Below, piece after piece: positions 20,597 to 30,634 of a stretch of DNA of 64,000 nt. The DNA is from Candidatus Bathyarchaeota archaeon (GTDB taxonomy: Archaea; Thermoproteota; Bathyarchaeia; Bathyarchaeales; Bathycorpusculaceae). The position numbers and the translations under genes were made by a program. The stretch spans positions 224,001 to 288,000 of the forward strand of contig CAVZJV010000014.1 of the NCBI GenBank assembly GCA_963775685.1, written 5' to 3'. The notes beneath the pieces were generated by a model. The model did no database searches. It was not told the DNA's origin and saw only the letters and a list, made by a program, of their open reading frames with translations. The number at the start of each line of letters is the position of its first letter. Positions within the stretch are counted from its first letter, which is position 1.

Positions 20597-21065
20597 GTTT
20601 TACCTAGCTGAAAGGTTCAGATAAATATCATTTGCCCTTTTGCTCGAACAATCAGGGTGGAGGCAGTAATTTGCAGTATCGATACTTGCAACAATAAGCC
20701 TTCAGGCTTAAACGCAACAAGCTCGGGATTACCGTTAGAACCACGTACATGATGACTGCCATACTATAACTTGAGCTTTTGCTTGTACCGGGAATGCCGT
20801 TGCTTCCCAATGTTAGTTTTGAAAGTTAAGCGAACCCTTTAGTCCACGATTTACAGTAATAACAAGAATTGCATAGTAATCTCCAAATCACAATTAAGAC
20901 TACAAAAGCTGAAAAACCCAGAAAAAGCCTTCCAAACAACTCATTAATTAGCCAAATAGAAAGGGACTAAGTAACCCAAATAGCGAGTGTAAAGGCACCA
21001 AAAAAAGCAGAGATTTTGTGGCTTCAATTTTCTCGTTGTCATAAACGGTCAAATGTAGCACAGCC

Positions 21066-21480
21066 TTACTTCTCTTTTTTCAAGAAAGGCTTAAACTTGG
21101 ATTCAATGTATGATTTGGGACAAGCCCTTATGATGGTTTCTACTGCTATGCCGTTTTTGAGAACTGCCAAAGTAGGAATGCTCAGGACTCCTAACTTGTG
21201 TTGGACCATCCTGGTTTTCGTCAGCGTTCATTTTTCCAAACGCTGCCTTCCCAGCATATTCCCCCGCAAGTTGCTCATTCAAAGAGCCAACCATTCGACA
21301 AGGACCGTATCATGGGGCCCAAAAATCAACAACCAAAAGATCGTGCTTTGCGGCCTGCGAGAAAAAGTTGCTTTCAGTTAAGATAATAGGTTTGCTTGTG
21401 CTATCTTTTGCGGATTGTCCTGCTGAAGAATTTCAGCGATTTTTTTTCTTTGGATTTTCTCCAGTTCAGGGTACGTTTGG
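21066..21480 (-). pseudogene. trxA: Thioredoxin pseudogene
   Basis: KPIILTESNF...LVVDFWAP*YGPCRMV...[19 protein letters not shown]: WCGPC degraded to *YGPC, plus frameshifts. Confidence 0.8.
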
Positions 21481-21652
21481 CGAATTTATCATACTTTTGC
21501 TCGTTTTGTGCATTCAACCATGCTTTTCGAGTTTTCCATGTTGGTGAACCGCAACATTCTTCTTCGGGTACGCCCAAGGGGCATTCAAGTTTTTTCTGCA
21601 TTATTTTTCACCTTTTTGATAATGTTATATGTGTTGGAAATTATGAATATGT

Positions 21653-21673
21653 TGTGGTATTGTCAATACCACA
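21653..21673. promoter_or_regulatory. Perfect 10-1-10 palindrome TGTGGTATTG-T-CAATACCACA in a divergent intergenic region
   Basis: Read directly; lies between the minus-strand trx/ferredoxin genes and the plus-strand wHTH regulator. Confidence 0.6.
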
Positions 21674-21709
21674 CAATATTTGTATTTTGGCAACAGCGAG
21701 TAATAAAAT

Positions 21710-22100
21710 ATGGACAGCATTCAATTCCTTACTTTTCGGAAAGAAGTTACAAGCCAAGACACATCAGTTGCCTCTACAACCTAAAACCCATAGATCTGGA
21801 GGTATTCGTCGAAGTAGCAAGAAATCAATGGGGCCCCTTGACCAAATCGCAAAAAAGGTGCAAAGAGACCGAAGCTCTACCCACCGCTGCCTAGCAAAAC
21901 TTGTCGGTGCAGGTCTTCCGCAAACAATCCCGAGGTCTACAGGGGGAGGCTACTACCACGTTTATACAATAGTTGAACCCGCCAAAATCAAACAGCAAGC
22001 AAAGGAAAAAGTAAAAGACATAACAGACAGCCTTCAAGCCCTAATCGAAAACTTTGACGCTGACCTCCAAAAGCACCTTTCAAGTAGCACGCCAGCCTAA
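21710..22100 (+). CDS. TrmB-like/COG3355 wHTH transcriptional regulator, frameshifted
   Basis: CLYNLKPIDLEVF, then LDQIAKKVQRDRSSTHRCLAKLVGAGL...GGYYHVY, split across frames. Confidence 0.72.
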
Positions 22101-22119
22101 ACGGTGTTTTCTCAGTGTT

Positions 22120-22929
22120 TTACTTTGAGCTTTTAGTTGGCATAATTTTGTCTTTGATGAGTTCTTTTAAGGTTTTATGACAATTGCTGCATTCAAACAT
22201 CGAATTGCCGCATTCGGGACAGAACACCTCTTGGTTTATCATCCGTTCCAAAAGCGCCAGCAACTCAGCCTTATTATGAACTTCACGTGGCGATTCCTTC
22301 CCTCCAAGGACACCATGTGCATCTTCTGTTTTAGGTTGTGGATTTTCACTGGAGACGATTTCCTGGTAAACCTTCGATATACTGGTTTTTCCTTCCCTAA
22401 GCTTTTGCTTCTCGTCTTCGCTAGCTTTCTCCATGATCTTTTTGCCCCGCTCGAGGGTTCGAGTAGAAATGCCCGCTTTTTTGGCTACGACTTCCGTGGC
22501 TTTTGCTTTGAGTTCGAGTTCCGGCGCTGTGTCAGTGTCTTCTTGCGCTAACCCCAACTGTAAAGCTCGACCGTTTTTGCCACCTTTTACTTGCCGTTTC
22601 TTGGCAAGAGCTTTCTCTATCTCAAGCAACGGCACAGCTAATTCTACAAGCTGGAAGTTATTGAGGTGGCGGCGCCTAAGGTTTGCTTCGATGACGAATT
22701 TTTTCTCTAAAAGTTTGTCGTCAAATTTGCGGACTTCAAAGTCTGGTTCGAGTCCCAGATCGTTGCAGGCTCGAAAGCGGTGGTGCCCATCTAAAACTTC
22801 TAAGTTTTCATTAACGATAATGGGGTAGTGTTGTCCTTCGTTTTGGATTGAGCTTTTAAGTTGGGCGAATTCTTCTTCAGACATTCTTGGCAATAGGTTA
22901 TCGTATTCAGGGTTAATGCGTAGGCTCAT
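22120..22929 (-). CDS. ParB/Srx N-terminal domain protein with HTH and C-terminal Zn ribbon
   Basis: LKSSIQNEGQHYPIIV..VLDGHHRFRAC, NLRRRHLN, VAKKAGISTRTLER, CPECGNSMFECSNC. Confidence 0.85.
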   Translation of the reverse strand: MSLRINPEYDNLLPRMSEEEFAQLKSSIQNEGQHYPIIVNENLEVLDGHHRFRACNDLGLEPDFEVRKFDDKLLEKKFVIEANLRRRHLNNFQLVELAVPLLEIEKALAKKRQVKGGKNGRALQLGLAQEDTDTAPELELKAKATEVVAKKAGISTRTLERGKKIMEKASEDEKQKLREGKTSISKVYQEIVSSENPQPKTEDAHGVLGGKESPREVHNKAELLALLERMINQEVFCPECGNSMFECSNCHKTLKELIKDKIMPTKSSK

Positions 22930-24570
22930 GGATACCCTATTGTTCTTTGTCGGTTTTGTTATTTAAGTTGAAGGGTTCTAAACGGTTTCACTTAGCGCAT
23001 AGTTCTGCATTGTGGGTTCAGATTGCAGTCACATATTCTTTTATTTTTACTCTGGCTTTTATATGACATGCGTATGAAACCCGAACCCGCGTAGAAACGT
23101 TTGACGGCGTAGCATTTAACCAAAATGCGGCTTGTTCTCTCCTCTCTCTCCCTCAACTTTTGCCGCACCAAGTTAAAAAAAGGCTGTTCCGTCAAACCTC
23201 CTTTTCTACTAACTGAACGAACATTAACTTCTTCATTCTTGGAGACAAAATTTGTTGATCCACAAACACGAACAATAAGTAAAGGGTCTACATGGGTTTA
23301 TAGTGTCCTCAAAGTTTTATTGTGGAACCATCATACCTACGATGCGACTGTTGACTATGCTTTTTACACGGATGATTTTATGATTGATATTACAGAGAAG
23401 GGAATATACTCAGACAGTTTTTACATTTCCACATGTAACATTGCTTCAATCTACAATAATTATTCAATGGACTTACAAAAGATTCCTTTGTGGAATATTT
23501 TTTTATACAAATGTAACAAAAATAAATTGACCCCCATTAATCCAAAAAATTATTTTGCCATTAGAAGTTCTTGTTGATTGCTATCAGTGATATAGGACTA
23601 TCATAACTCTGACCCCTTTCATTTTTGCTATTCGAGCTGGAGGCGTGATTATGACATTTGGAATTATAATTTCCACGTCAACCTTACTTGTTGGAGGAAT
23701 TCTTCGGTTAGCCAGTGTTTTTTCATATGAGTTTTTAGGCTCCTTCGAAAAAATTAATGTTGTTACAAGAGTATTAACGAAGGCTGTGGCTATTTCAGTT
23801 TTATACTTATAATTAGTTATAACAGGGATAAGTTGGCTTCATTTCTTGTCTGGGCTTCGATTAATAAGTTATGCAGTAGGGCGGGGCTTCACCGGAGCGT
23901 TATCAATCGAAAATAACTTGGTTTAAGAGTTTTAGTTCTGCTATAGGTGTTACAATCGGAGTCTTATCCATTATTGCTATTTGCTATTTTCTTTTCATTG
24001 GTTCCTATCTCTTTAGGGGGCTAAATACCCAAGTTACATGACCTATGGTTATTTTGAAAGAATAGTTCTTACCTGATAGGGGTTGATTGTTTGGCATCAG
24101 CAATCTTCGACATTTTTCTAAGAAGGCAAAAATAGATTCTTTAATTGCAAAAAGTGCTGAGATTGAGCACCCATCTGAATAGCAATGTACTATATCTATA
24201 GCAAGTCCCTTCTTAATAGAGTGCATTTCGTCTCTTCTTCATCGGACCACCGTATCAAGCAAAGACTGAACAAACATGATAACCTTTTCTCTCTTCAGAA
24301 AAGCATTCCTTGATTTCTCTTGAGCTTTTCTAAGGAGAAAATGGGTTTATAAGAATAAGGAAAAGAGGAGAGAAATGATGAATCTCTTATCGTTACCCAG
24401 AAATGTATGAATTAAGCGCCATTAATCTAAAACCACAAGTATTATTAGAAAGCTTGCAACTAAATTCTAAATCAGTAGTAAAGTTAAAATCTCATCATTG
24501 CGCGAAAAACTCGCATTAGTGTGATTAGCCAGTATCAAATAAGTATAATTTACATAGGAAGTGCACACTT

Positions 24571-25755
24571 ACGGGAACATCCCAAACATTTACGATAAAG
24601 TACGTTGTACATGCTAAATTTGAAATTGAAGGTGTAGTTGAAAAACCCGACGTTATAGGAGCAGTTTTTGGTCAAACAGAAGGCCTTTTCGGCCCAGAAC
24701 TAGACTTACGCGAACTGCAGAAAACCGGGCGCATCGGAAGAATCGAAATAGACCTACATTCCAAAAACGACCGAACTAACGGTTCAATTACCATACCCAC
24801 AAGCCTAGATCGCGTATCCACAGCCCTCATCGCAGCAAGCGTAGAGAGCATAAACCGTGTTGGACCCTGCTCAGCCAAAGTTCTTCTCGAAAAAATTGAA
24901 GATATCCGTGAAGCTAGGCGAAAAATAATAATCGATCGCGCCAAAGAAATTCTTCACCGATGGAACATCGAATCCATGCCTAGCGTCGATGAAGTCTACA
25001 AAGAAATCAGCGACACCATGAAAGTAGGCAAAGTCGAAAAATACGGACCCGAAGACTTGCCAGCTGGACCAGGATTAGAAGGCGCCAAGGAAATCTATGT
25101 TGTCGAAGGTCGGGCAGACGTCATTAACTTGATGCGATGCGGAATATTTAATACCGTGGCCCTTGAAGGTGCAAAAGTCCCTGACTCTATAAAGAAGATA
25201 ACAAAAGAGCGAGTAGCCACTGCGTTGCTTGATGGCGACCGAGGCGGCGACCTAATCCTAAAAGAGCTCATGCAGGTAACCAACGTCAAGTTTGTCGGTC
25301 GCGCTCCCAGAGGTAAAGAAATCGAAGAATGCAACTGCAAAGAAATCAGCGAAGCCATAGAAAACAAGCTTCCAATATCTGAAGCAGGCGGCAAACCAGC
25401 ACCAGTCCCAACACCGCCAAAGAAGGTAATTCAAGTACCAGAGCGAGTCAAAATTGACGTCCCAGACACCATAACTCAAGCCGCAAAAGCCTTGGTGGGC
25501 ACACTCGAAGCTGTCCTGCTAAATGAGAAACTTGAATTAATCGAACGTCTCCCAGTGAGTCAACTCGCCGAAAAACTCAGCCAAGTAAAAGACGTCGAAA
25601 CATTGGTTTTCGACGGCATCATCACCCAACGAATCGTTGACATAGCCGCAGACAAGAACATCAAACGCATCGTTGCTTCCAGAGTCTCTGAAGCAGTCAA
25701 ACCAGCCCTTAACGTTGACTTGATAACGTTCAAAGATGCGATACCGGCAGCCTAA
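24571..25755 (+). CDS. dnaG: Archaeal DnaG (TOPRIM; exosome-associated primase-like protein)
   Basis: Frame is open upstream of the ORF-track start 24976: KYVVHAKFEIEGVVEKPDVIGAVFGQTEGL, VVEGRADV, DGDRGG. Start placed at ACG 24571. Confidence 0.93.
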   Translation, partial: TGTSQTFTIKYVVHAKFEIEGVVEKPDVIGAVFGQTEGLFGPELDLRELQKTGRIGRIEIDLHSKNDRTNGSITIPTSLDRVSTALIAASVESINRVGPCSAKVLLEKIEDIREARRKIIIDRAKEILHRWNIESMPSVDEVYKEISDTMKVGKVEKYGPEDLPAGPGLEGAKEIYVVEGRADVINLMRCGIFNTVALEGAKVPDSIKKITKERVATALLDGDRGGDLILKELMQVTNVKFVGRAPRGKEIEECNCKEISEAIENKLPISEAGGKPAPVPTPPKKVIQVPERVKIDVPDTITQAAKALVGTLEAVLLNEKLELIERLPVSQLAEKLSQVKDVETLVFDGIITQRIVDIAADKNIKRIVASRVSEAVKPALNVDLITFKDAIPAA

Positions 25756-28145
25756 ACATAATCCATTAGGTTCCGGATTTCTTCTGTTTCTTTCGCTTCT
25801 TTTTGCAACTCCGCTTTTGTTACGTCGAAAAACGCGAGTATCCGCGAGGCTGCAGGCAACACCTGGTTAGTTATGTAGTAATCAACATCAACTTCCTTGG
25901 ATTTAGCAAAAACATATGGCTTCACCCTGTTGTAGAGACGCCCTTTTCCTTCAAGAATAACATAGCCCACTTTGTCGCCGCCCGTCAGCCGCCAACCTTT
26001 TTCCTTGAGAATTTTTGCCGCTTCCACATGCGGGGCTTTTATGGCGTATGAATCGGGGGCTTTGGTAAGTGTTTTCCAAATAACTAAGTCATGTAGAGGG
26101 ACCTTGTGGTGTTTTAAGTCCTCAACCACCCCTCGTACATAACCAACTGCGTTCTTGGCGGACTGCTCTCTCAGGATTATGTTCAAAACGTGTTCTTGCA
26201 CCTTCTTAGCTACCTCTGCCCAGTCGCCGCGGATAACCTCCAAGCCCACGATGTCTAAGCTGCCATCCTGTCGCAAGCCAGCGTAGCGTTTTTTTGCTTC
26301 TGTGAAAAAAATCCGCTGGTATTTCTCGCCAATTTCCACATCCAGTTTAAGGTCGCGTTTAATTTCCTGTTCCAACTCTGCAACTTTGGCTTGGTCGTAA
26401 CTTAGGAACAAGCTGTCGGTGTCCCCGTAAACAACCGATAGACCTGCTTTTTCAGCCATCTTGCTCGCGGTCAAGATGATGTGTCTGCCCCATGCGGAAG
26501 CTGCTTCAGCGACCGGCTTAACGTACCATCTGGCGCCCACCCAGCCAGCATAGCCGTATGCTGCGTTTGTTATGACTTTTACGGCTTTCTGGCGTGCATC
26601 CAGAACTCTGTATTCAACGGTGGTTGGTTTTATAGTTTTCATTCGATGGCGTATAGTTCCTCTTACGTTGATTAGATAGGTGAGTGATTCCTTGTAAAAT
26701 CCCGCCGGTGATTTACGGAACTTATGGCCCACTTCCGGCGCCACGTAGACGCCGCTTGAGGGTTCAGGTTCGTCGGGAGCTATGTAGGTGTCTGGGGAGA
26801 GGTTGTAGTTTATCATGATGTTTGGGTACATGGACTTGAAGTCTAAAACAGCGATATTCTCATGTAAACCTGGCTTTGGTGAAAGCACAAGTCCTCCTAC
26901 ATATGGTATGTAGGTTTGCTCGAGCCGTTTTGGTACGAGTTCACCGATTTTCTGTCCCTGCTTAATGAGGAACCACTCCACGCGGAAACCCACAGCTGCT
27001 GTCATCACATGGTCAAGAAGCAAGCTCGTTAAACTGGAAAGTTGCAAGGCAAAATCCAAAAGTAAGATAATTGCACCCTGTACTTTGCAGGCGCTATCCA
27101 ATCCAAACCTACACAGCTCTTCGCGGTGTTGTTTGTCATCCCAATAGTCCGCAAACTCAACATCTTCAACGATGGTCTGCTTGTCTTTCATGACACCTAA
27201 ATGGTCGGCCAAATTCCAAAGTGTTTTAACTTTAACCTCAGGAAACACATCCATGAAATCAGCCAAATCAATGTTAACAACCCCTGTGGTAGAAACATGC
27301 CCGTAAACGCTTGTGTGAGGTTCCCGTTTGGCTCTGTCAAAGTTTAGTTTTAATTTCAATTTTCGGGACCTGCCCTTGAGATACGTCCAGTCGACCGTGT
27401 TGGCACCATAGCTTGTGATGATGTCTGGGTCAAACTGGCAGATGTAGGCGATGAACGCTTCGATGACAGTTTTGTCGTCCTTGTCCTCTTTTGCGATGAA
27501 CTGTTTTTCTTCGCCGCTATTTGCTGCGGTTGAGATGATTAGCACAGGGTTGCGATCAGGTTTGGGTGAGCCCTCGCGGCTATAGCATATCATTGAGAAA
27601 CCAAGGATCCTCAACATTGGAACCGAGATATCTTCGATTTGTTTGGGCGGTGAATAGGCAGTATAAACCTTAGTTACCCTTACCCCTTCAGGGTTAGCTT
27701 CTTCCTCTGCCTCGACTTTGTGCCAATTGCAAGGAACCACATCGTTGTCAATTAGGTATCGCATGGCAGCGCGAAAGTCATCTTCGAGGCAATCTTTCAC
27801 TCCTTCGAAGCTTCGAAGTGAACTGGCTACCTTGCCAGTTTCAGTTGCGACCCTGCAATAAACTTTTATTGTCTTTACTGGCTTGCCAAAGAAGCGGCGA
27901 GAGGCAACCTCCGTCTTCACAATTGATGAAGCAAAGCTTTTCATGATGGCTTCTGCAACCTTCGACGCGTCAGACCCTTCCATCAATACAGCATAAAAGT
28001 AAGCCGTAAAGTTACGGTCAATAACGAGAACCCGATTACCATTACCGTCAATTCCCCAAAGCCACAACTCAAGTGTGCCCTTGTCCTTGTCGATTTTAGG
28101 GTTAATATCCAGCAGCCAGAAAGTCACATTCACAAACAACGCCAC
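25752..28145 (-). CDS. polB: Family B DNA polymerase (PolB3-type) with degenerate 3'-5' exonuclease motifs
   Basis: VLDFKSMYPNI, QKAVKVITNAAYGY, YGDTDS, KKRYAG, GLEVIRGDW intact; N-terminal FWLLD and GSPKP.RNPVLIIS resemble crenarchaeal PolB3. Confidence 0.93.
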   Translation of the reverse strand: MALFVNVTFWLLDINPKIDKDKGTLELWLWGIDGNGNRVLVIDRNFTAYFYAVLMEGSDASKVAEAIMKSFASSIVKTEVASRRFFGKPVKTIKVYCRVATETGKVASSLRSFEGVKDCLEDDFRAAMRYLIDNDVVPCNWHKVEAEEEANPEGVRVTKVYTAYSPPKQIEDISVPMLRILGFSMICYSREGSPKPDRNPVLIISTAANSGEEKQFIAKEDKDDKTVIEAFIAYICQFDPDIITSYGANTVDWTYLKGRSRKLKLKLNFDRAKREPHTSVYGHVSTTGVVNIDLADFMDVFPEVKVKTLWNLADHLGVMKDKQTIVEDVEFADYWDDKQHREELCRFGLDSACKVQGAIILLLDFALQLSSLTSLLLDHVMTAAVGFRVEWFLIKQGQKIGELVPKRLEQTYIPYVGGLVLSPKPGLHENIAVLDFKSMYPNIMINYNLSPDTYIAPDEPEPSSGVYVAPEVGHKFRKSPAGFYKESLTYLINVRGTIRHRMKTIKPTTVEYRVLDARQKAVKVITNAAYGYAGWVGARWYVKPVAEAASAWGRHIILTASKMAEKAGLSVVYGDTDSLFLSYDQAKVAELEQEIKRDLKLDVEIGEKYQRIFFTEAKKRYAGLRQDGSLDIVGLEVIRGDWAEVAKKVQEHVLNIILREQSAKNAVGYVRGVVEDLKHHKVPLHDLVIWKTLTKAPDSYAIKAPHVEAAKILKEKGWRLTGGDKVGYVILEGKGRLYNRVKPYVFAKSKEVDVDYYITNQVLPAASRILAFFDVTKAELQKEAKETEEIRNLMDYV

Positions 28146-29639
28146 TAAAACATTACAAACAGCTCACTTTAAACCATTTTCTCAAAACCCTATCTCGCCT
28201 CTGCTGGGTTAGTATATTGGGTCCTTTAGAAACATCACTAATAGGTTTGGTTACTTGCTATGAGTGAAGTGAAAAAGTTCGTTGTTTTCATAGACGAGTT
28301 TTTAGAATCTACTTCAATGGATCCACTTTTTGTTTGATATCGGTATTCTGAAGTTAAAAAGTTAAAATCGACAAGGGTAACCTGAAAGAAATTGCCGTTG
28401 TTCAAATACCATTGAATATAGGAATCAATTTTAAAGGTAAACGATAGGCGATATTAGGCAGTGATAGCATCGGCACCAGGAAAGTCTATTCTTTGAGCAT
28501 AAACGATTTTTATCTAACTTCACATGATAATCCCCTATAAACCTACATAGTAAACTATGCATCATCAAACAATTATACCCCGTACACGTGGAAAAAGAGT
28601 GTTGAAGATTTTTGAATTCACCGAGAGGTAACGGAATAACTGCCTATTAGTATGCAACGGAACAAGTGCATTAAATTATTTTGCAACCCCCAATAAACAT
28701 CAAACCTTCTTTAATTCAGTTAGGCTTGTTGCTTTATATACCGGGTCTAAAAGTGTTCTGTCAGGTCTTCAGTTATCTTTTTAAAATGAAGACTTTAGGT
28801 TAAAGGCGTTAAAAGTGGAGAGTATCATTTAGTTCCGCTACGACTAAATGGGCTATATACTCAACTCTGCAAAAACACTTGGGATGACGAGCAATATGCT
28901 TTTATCTGTTGATTCATTCAGAATAAGGTGTTCGAGTAGCCAGATGCCTCCTGCTGAAAATATAAGAATGATGCCAGCAGTAAAATAATCCAAAGCTTTT
29001 GATTTATTCAGTTATCGTTATACCAGCTAACAAGTGACTTTGCATAAATAATTTTTGATAGAGAAGACTAAATCACTCCATAATATTGTAACACATCTTT
29101 GAAATAAACAATTTTTTCTTTAGTACAACGATTTTGTTTATCTCATTTTTTGATTAAACGGTTGACCGTTTAACAAAAAGACTTTTGGGTTGATCGCGTT
29201 TTTTGCTCAAGTGCATTTGGGCCTCTATTTTTATTCAATGTTTGCTTGTAGCGGCGAAAAGTAAGTTACCGTTGGTGGATTAAGACTATTTCCAAGCACA
29301 CAACTGACTGATTCTCTCTAAGATAAAAGATAGCAACCTTAATTTCGAGTTTTAAATAACCCTAATTTCGTGCGAGAAAATCAACTTCTTATTCTAATAA
29401 CTTCTACCACTGCTGTCATTTTGTTATTTATAGCTTATTTGTTAGTTAATTTTAGTAATGGACAGACAATGCCAATGATGACTTCTACGCCCACTCCTAC
29501 TCCCCGCGGCAAATAACTCCGAGTAACATTTGTTTTAGTTGGAACGGCAATCATCATATCCGTAGCTGTTGTTGTAATTTATTTTTTCTATTTAAGAAAA
29601 AAGAAAAGCATATTTTCTGAATCCAAATTCTCGCCAAGC

Positions 29640-30124
29640 ATGGGAAGTCAACCAACAGGTGGTTTAAAAATAGATTCAAGCGACAAAGTCTCACTCCCTT
29701 TCGAGGTCTTTCTTTGCTACAAAAAGAGTTCAGGAAGAGATTATGCTGACCATTTGAAATCAGGTTTAGAAGAGCTTGGATTGCACACGTTCGAGGACTG
29801 TAAAGATATACCTCAGACTGTTGACACAGAAGAAGGTTGGGCATGTTCTCGTGATAGAGCGTTGGAGGAAAGTAAGTATTTTGTTGTTATCCTGACTCCT
29901 GGTTTTGAATTGTCACGTGAGGTGGTTAACGAAATTGGATGGCAAGAAAGCAAGCCAATAAAACGTTTGTTTATTTTAGGCATCGAAGCATGGGCAGAAA
30001 CATAGTGGTTAATTTGGGGGATGAGGTTTTAGATATCGGAAGACTTGAACAAGTCTCTTTTGAGACCAAAGAGGAATTGTTGCGGATTGCGCATAATATC
30101 CTTTTAAAGACTAACACAATGTAG
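29640..30124 (+). CDS. Stand-alone TIR-domain protein, one frameshift near 29938
   Basis: VFLCYKKSSGRDYADHLKSGL..GLHTF.D, ALEESKYFVVILTPGF..SREVVNEI, continuing in a second frame as MARKQANKTFVYFRH. Confidence 0.8.
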
Positions 30125-30273
30125 ATTCCATTAACATACCACTTACAATATTCTTTAATTAGGGTAGTTATTATTTTGTTGGATGAAAAATTGGGGCAGC
30201 CTGACATAGGTTTTTAAGTAATCCACTAACAAATATTTTGACCGGGAAAATTAGGCAACGTTTGCTTCTTGGG

Positions 30274-30621
30274 TTATCCTACTTCTCTTCTTGTTGTTCC
30301 ACAATTTGTGCATCTGAAGAGGGTGATAGTTGAGTGGCTGGTCTCGTTCGCCGTTTCCACGTTCCAAGTTTCGCTTTCGTTGTAACCGCACTTTGAACAA
30401 ACGACCTTAACTATGGATAGTTGTCTTAGCGAAGCTGCTTTTTTGTCTATGACCACAATTTCTACTAATTTTTTACTGGGTACATTTATTTTTTGTTTTG
30501 TTTCTTCTTTGTTTAGAGGTTTTTGATATTTACATTTTGGGCATCTAAATGAAGGAGAGCCCTTCCTGACTACTTGGAGTAATGCCCCGCATTGTGGACA
30601 AAAGTTCAATGTGGTCACCAA
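30274..30621 (-). CDS. TFS/RpoM-like double Zn-ribbon protein, non-canonical paralogue
   Basis: FCPQCG..CPKC..CSKCG..FRCTNCGTTRRE architecture; lacks the QTRxxDE motif. Confidence 0.82.
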   Translation of the reverse strand: MVTTLNFCPQCGALLQVVRKGSPSFRCPKCKYQKPLNKEETKQKINVPSKKLVEIVVIDKKAASLRQLSIVKVVCSKCGYNESETWNVETANETSHSTITLFRCTNCGTTRREVG

Positions 30622-30634
30622 TATGGAGGCTTTT

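Noticed and set aside
21300-21320. TGA at the Trp of thioredoxin WCGPC as an alternative genetic code
   Set aside because: The adjacent Cys is also mutated, and TGA terminates intact genes elsewhere (e.g. 42046, 34302).
28200-29600. AT-rich region with fragments of a secreted protein (Pro/Thr linker plus TM and KKK tail)
   Set aside because: Too degraded to assign boundaries or family; the same applies to 23000-24500 and 55320-56710.
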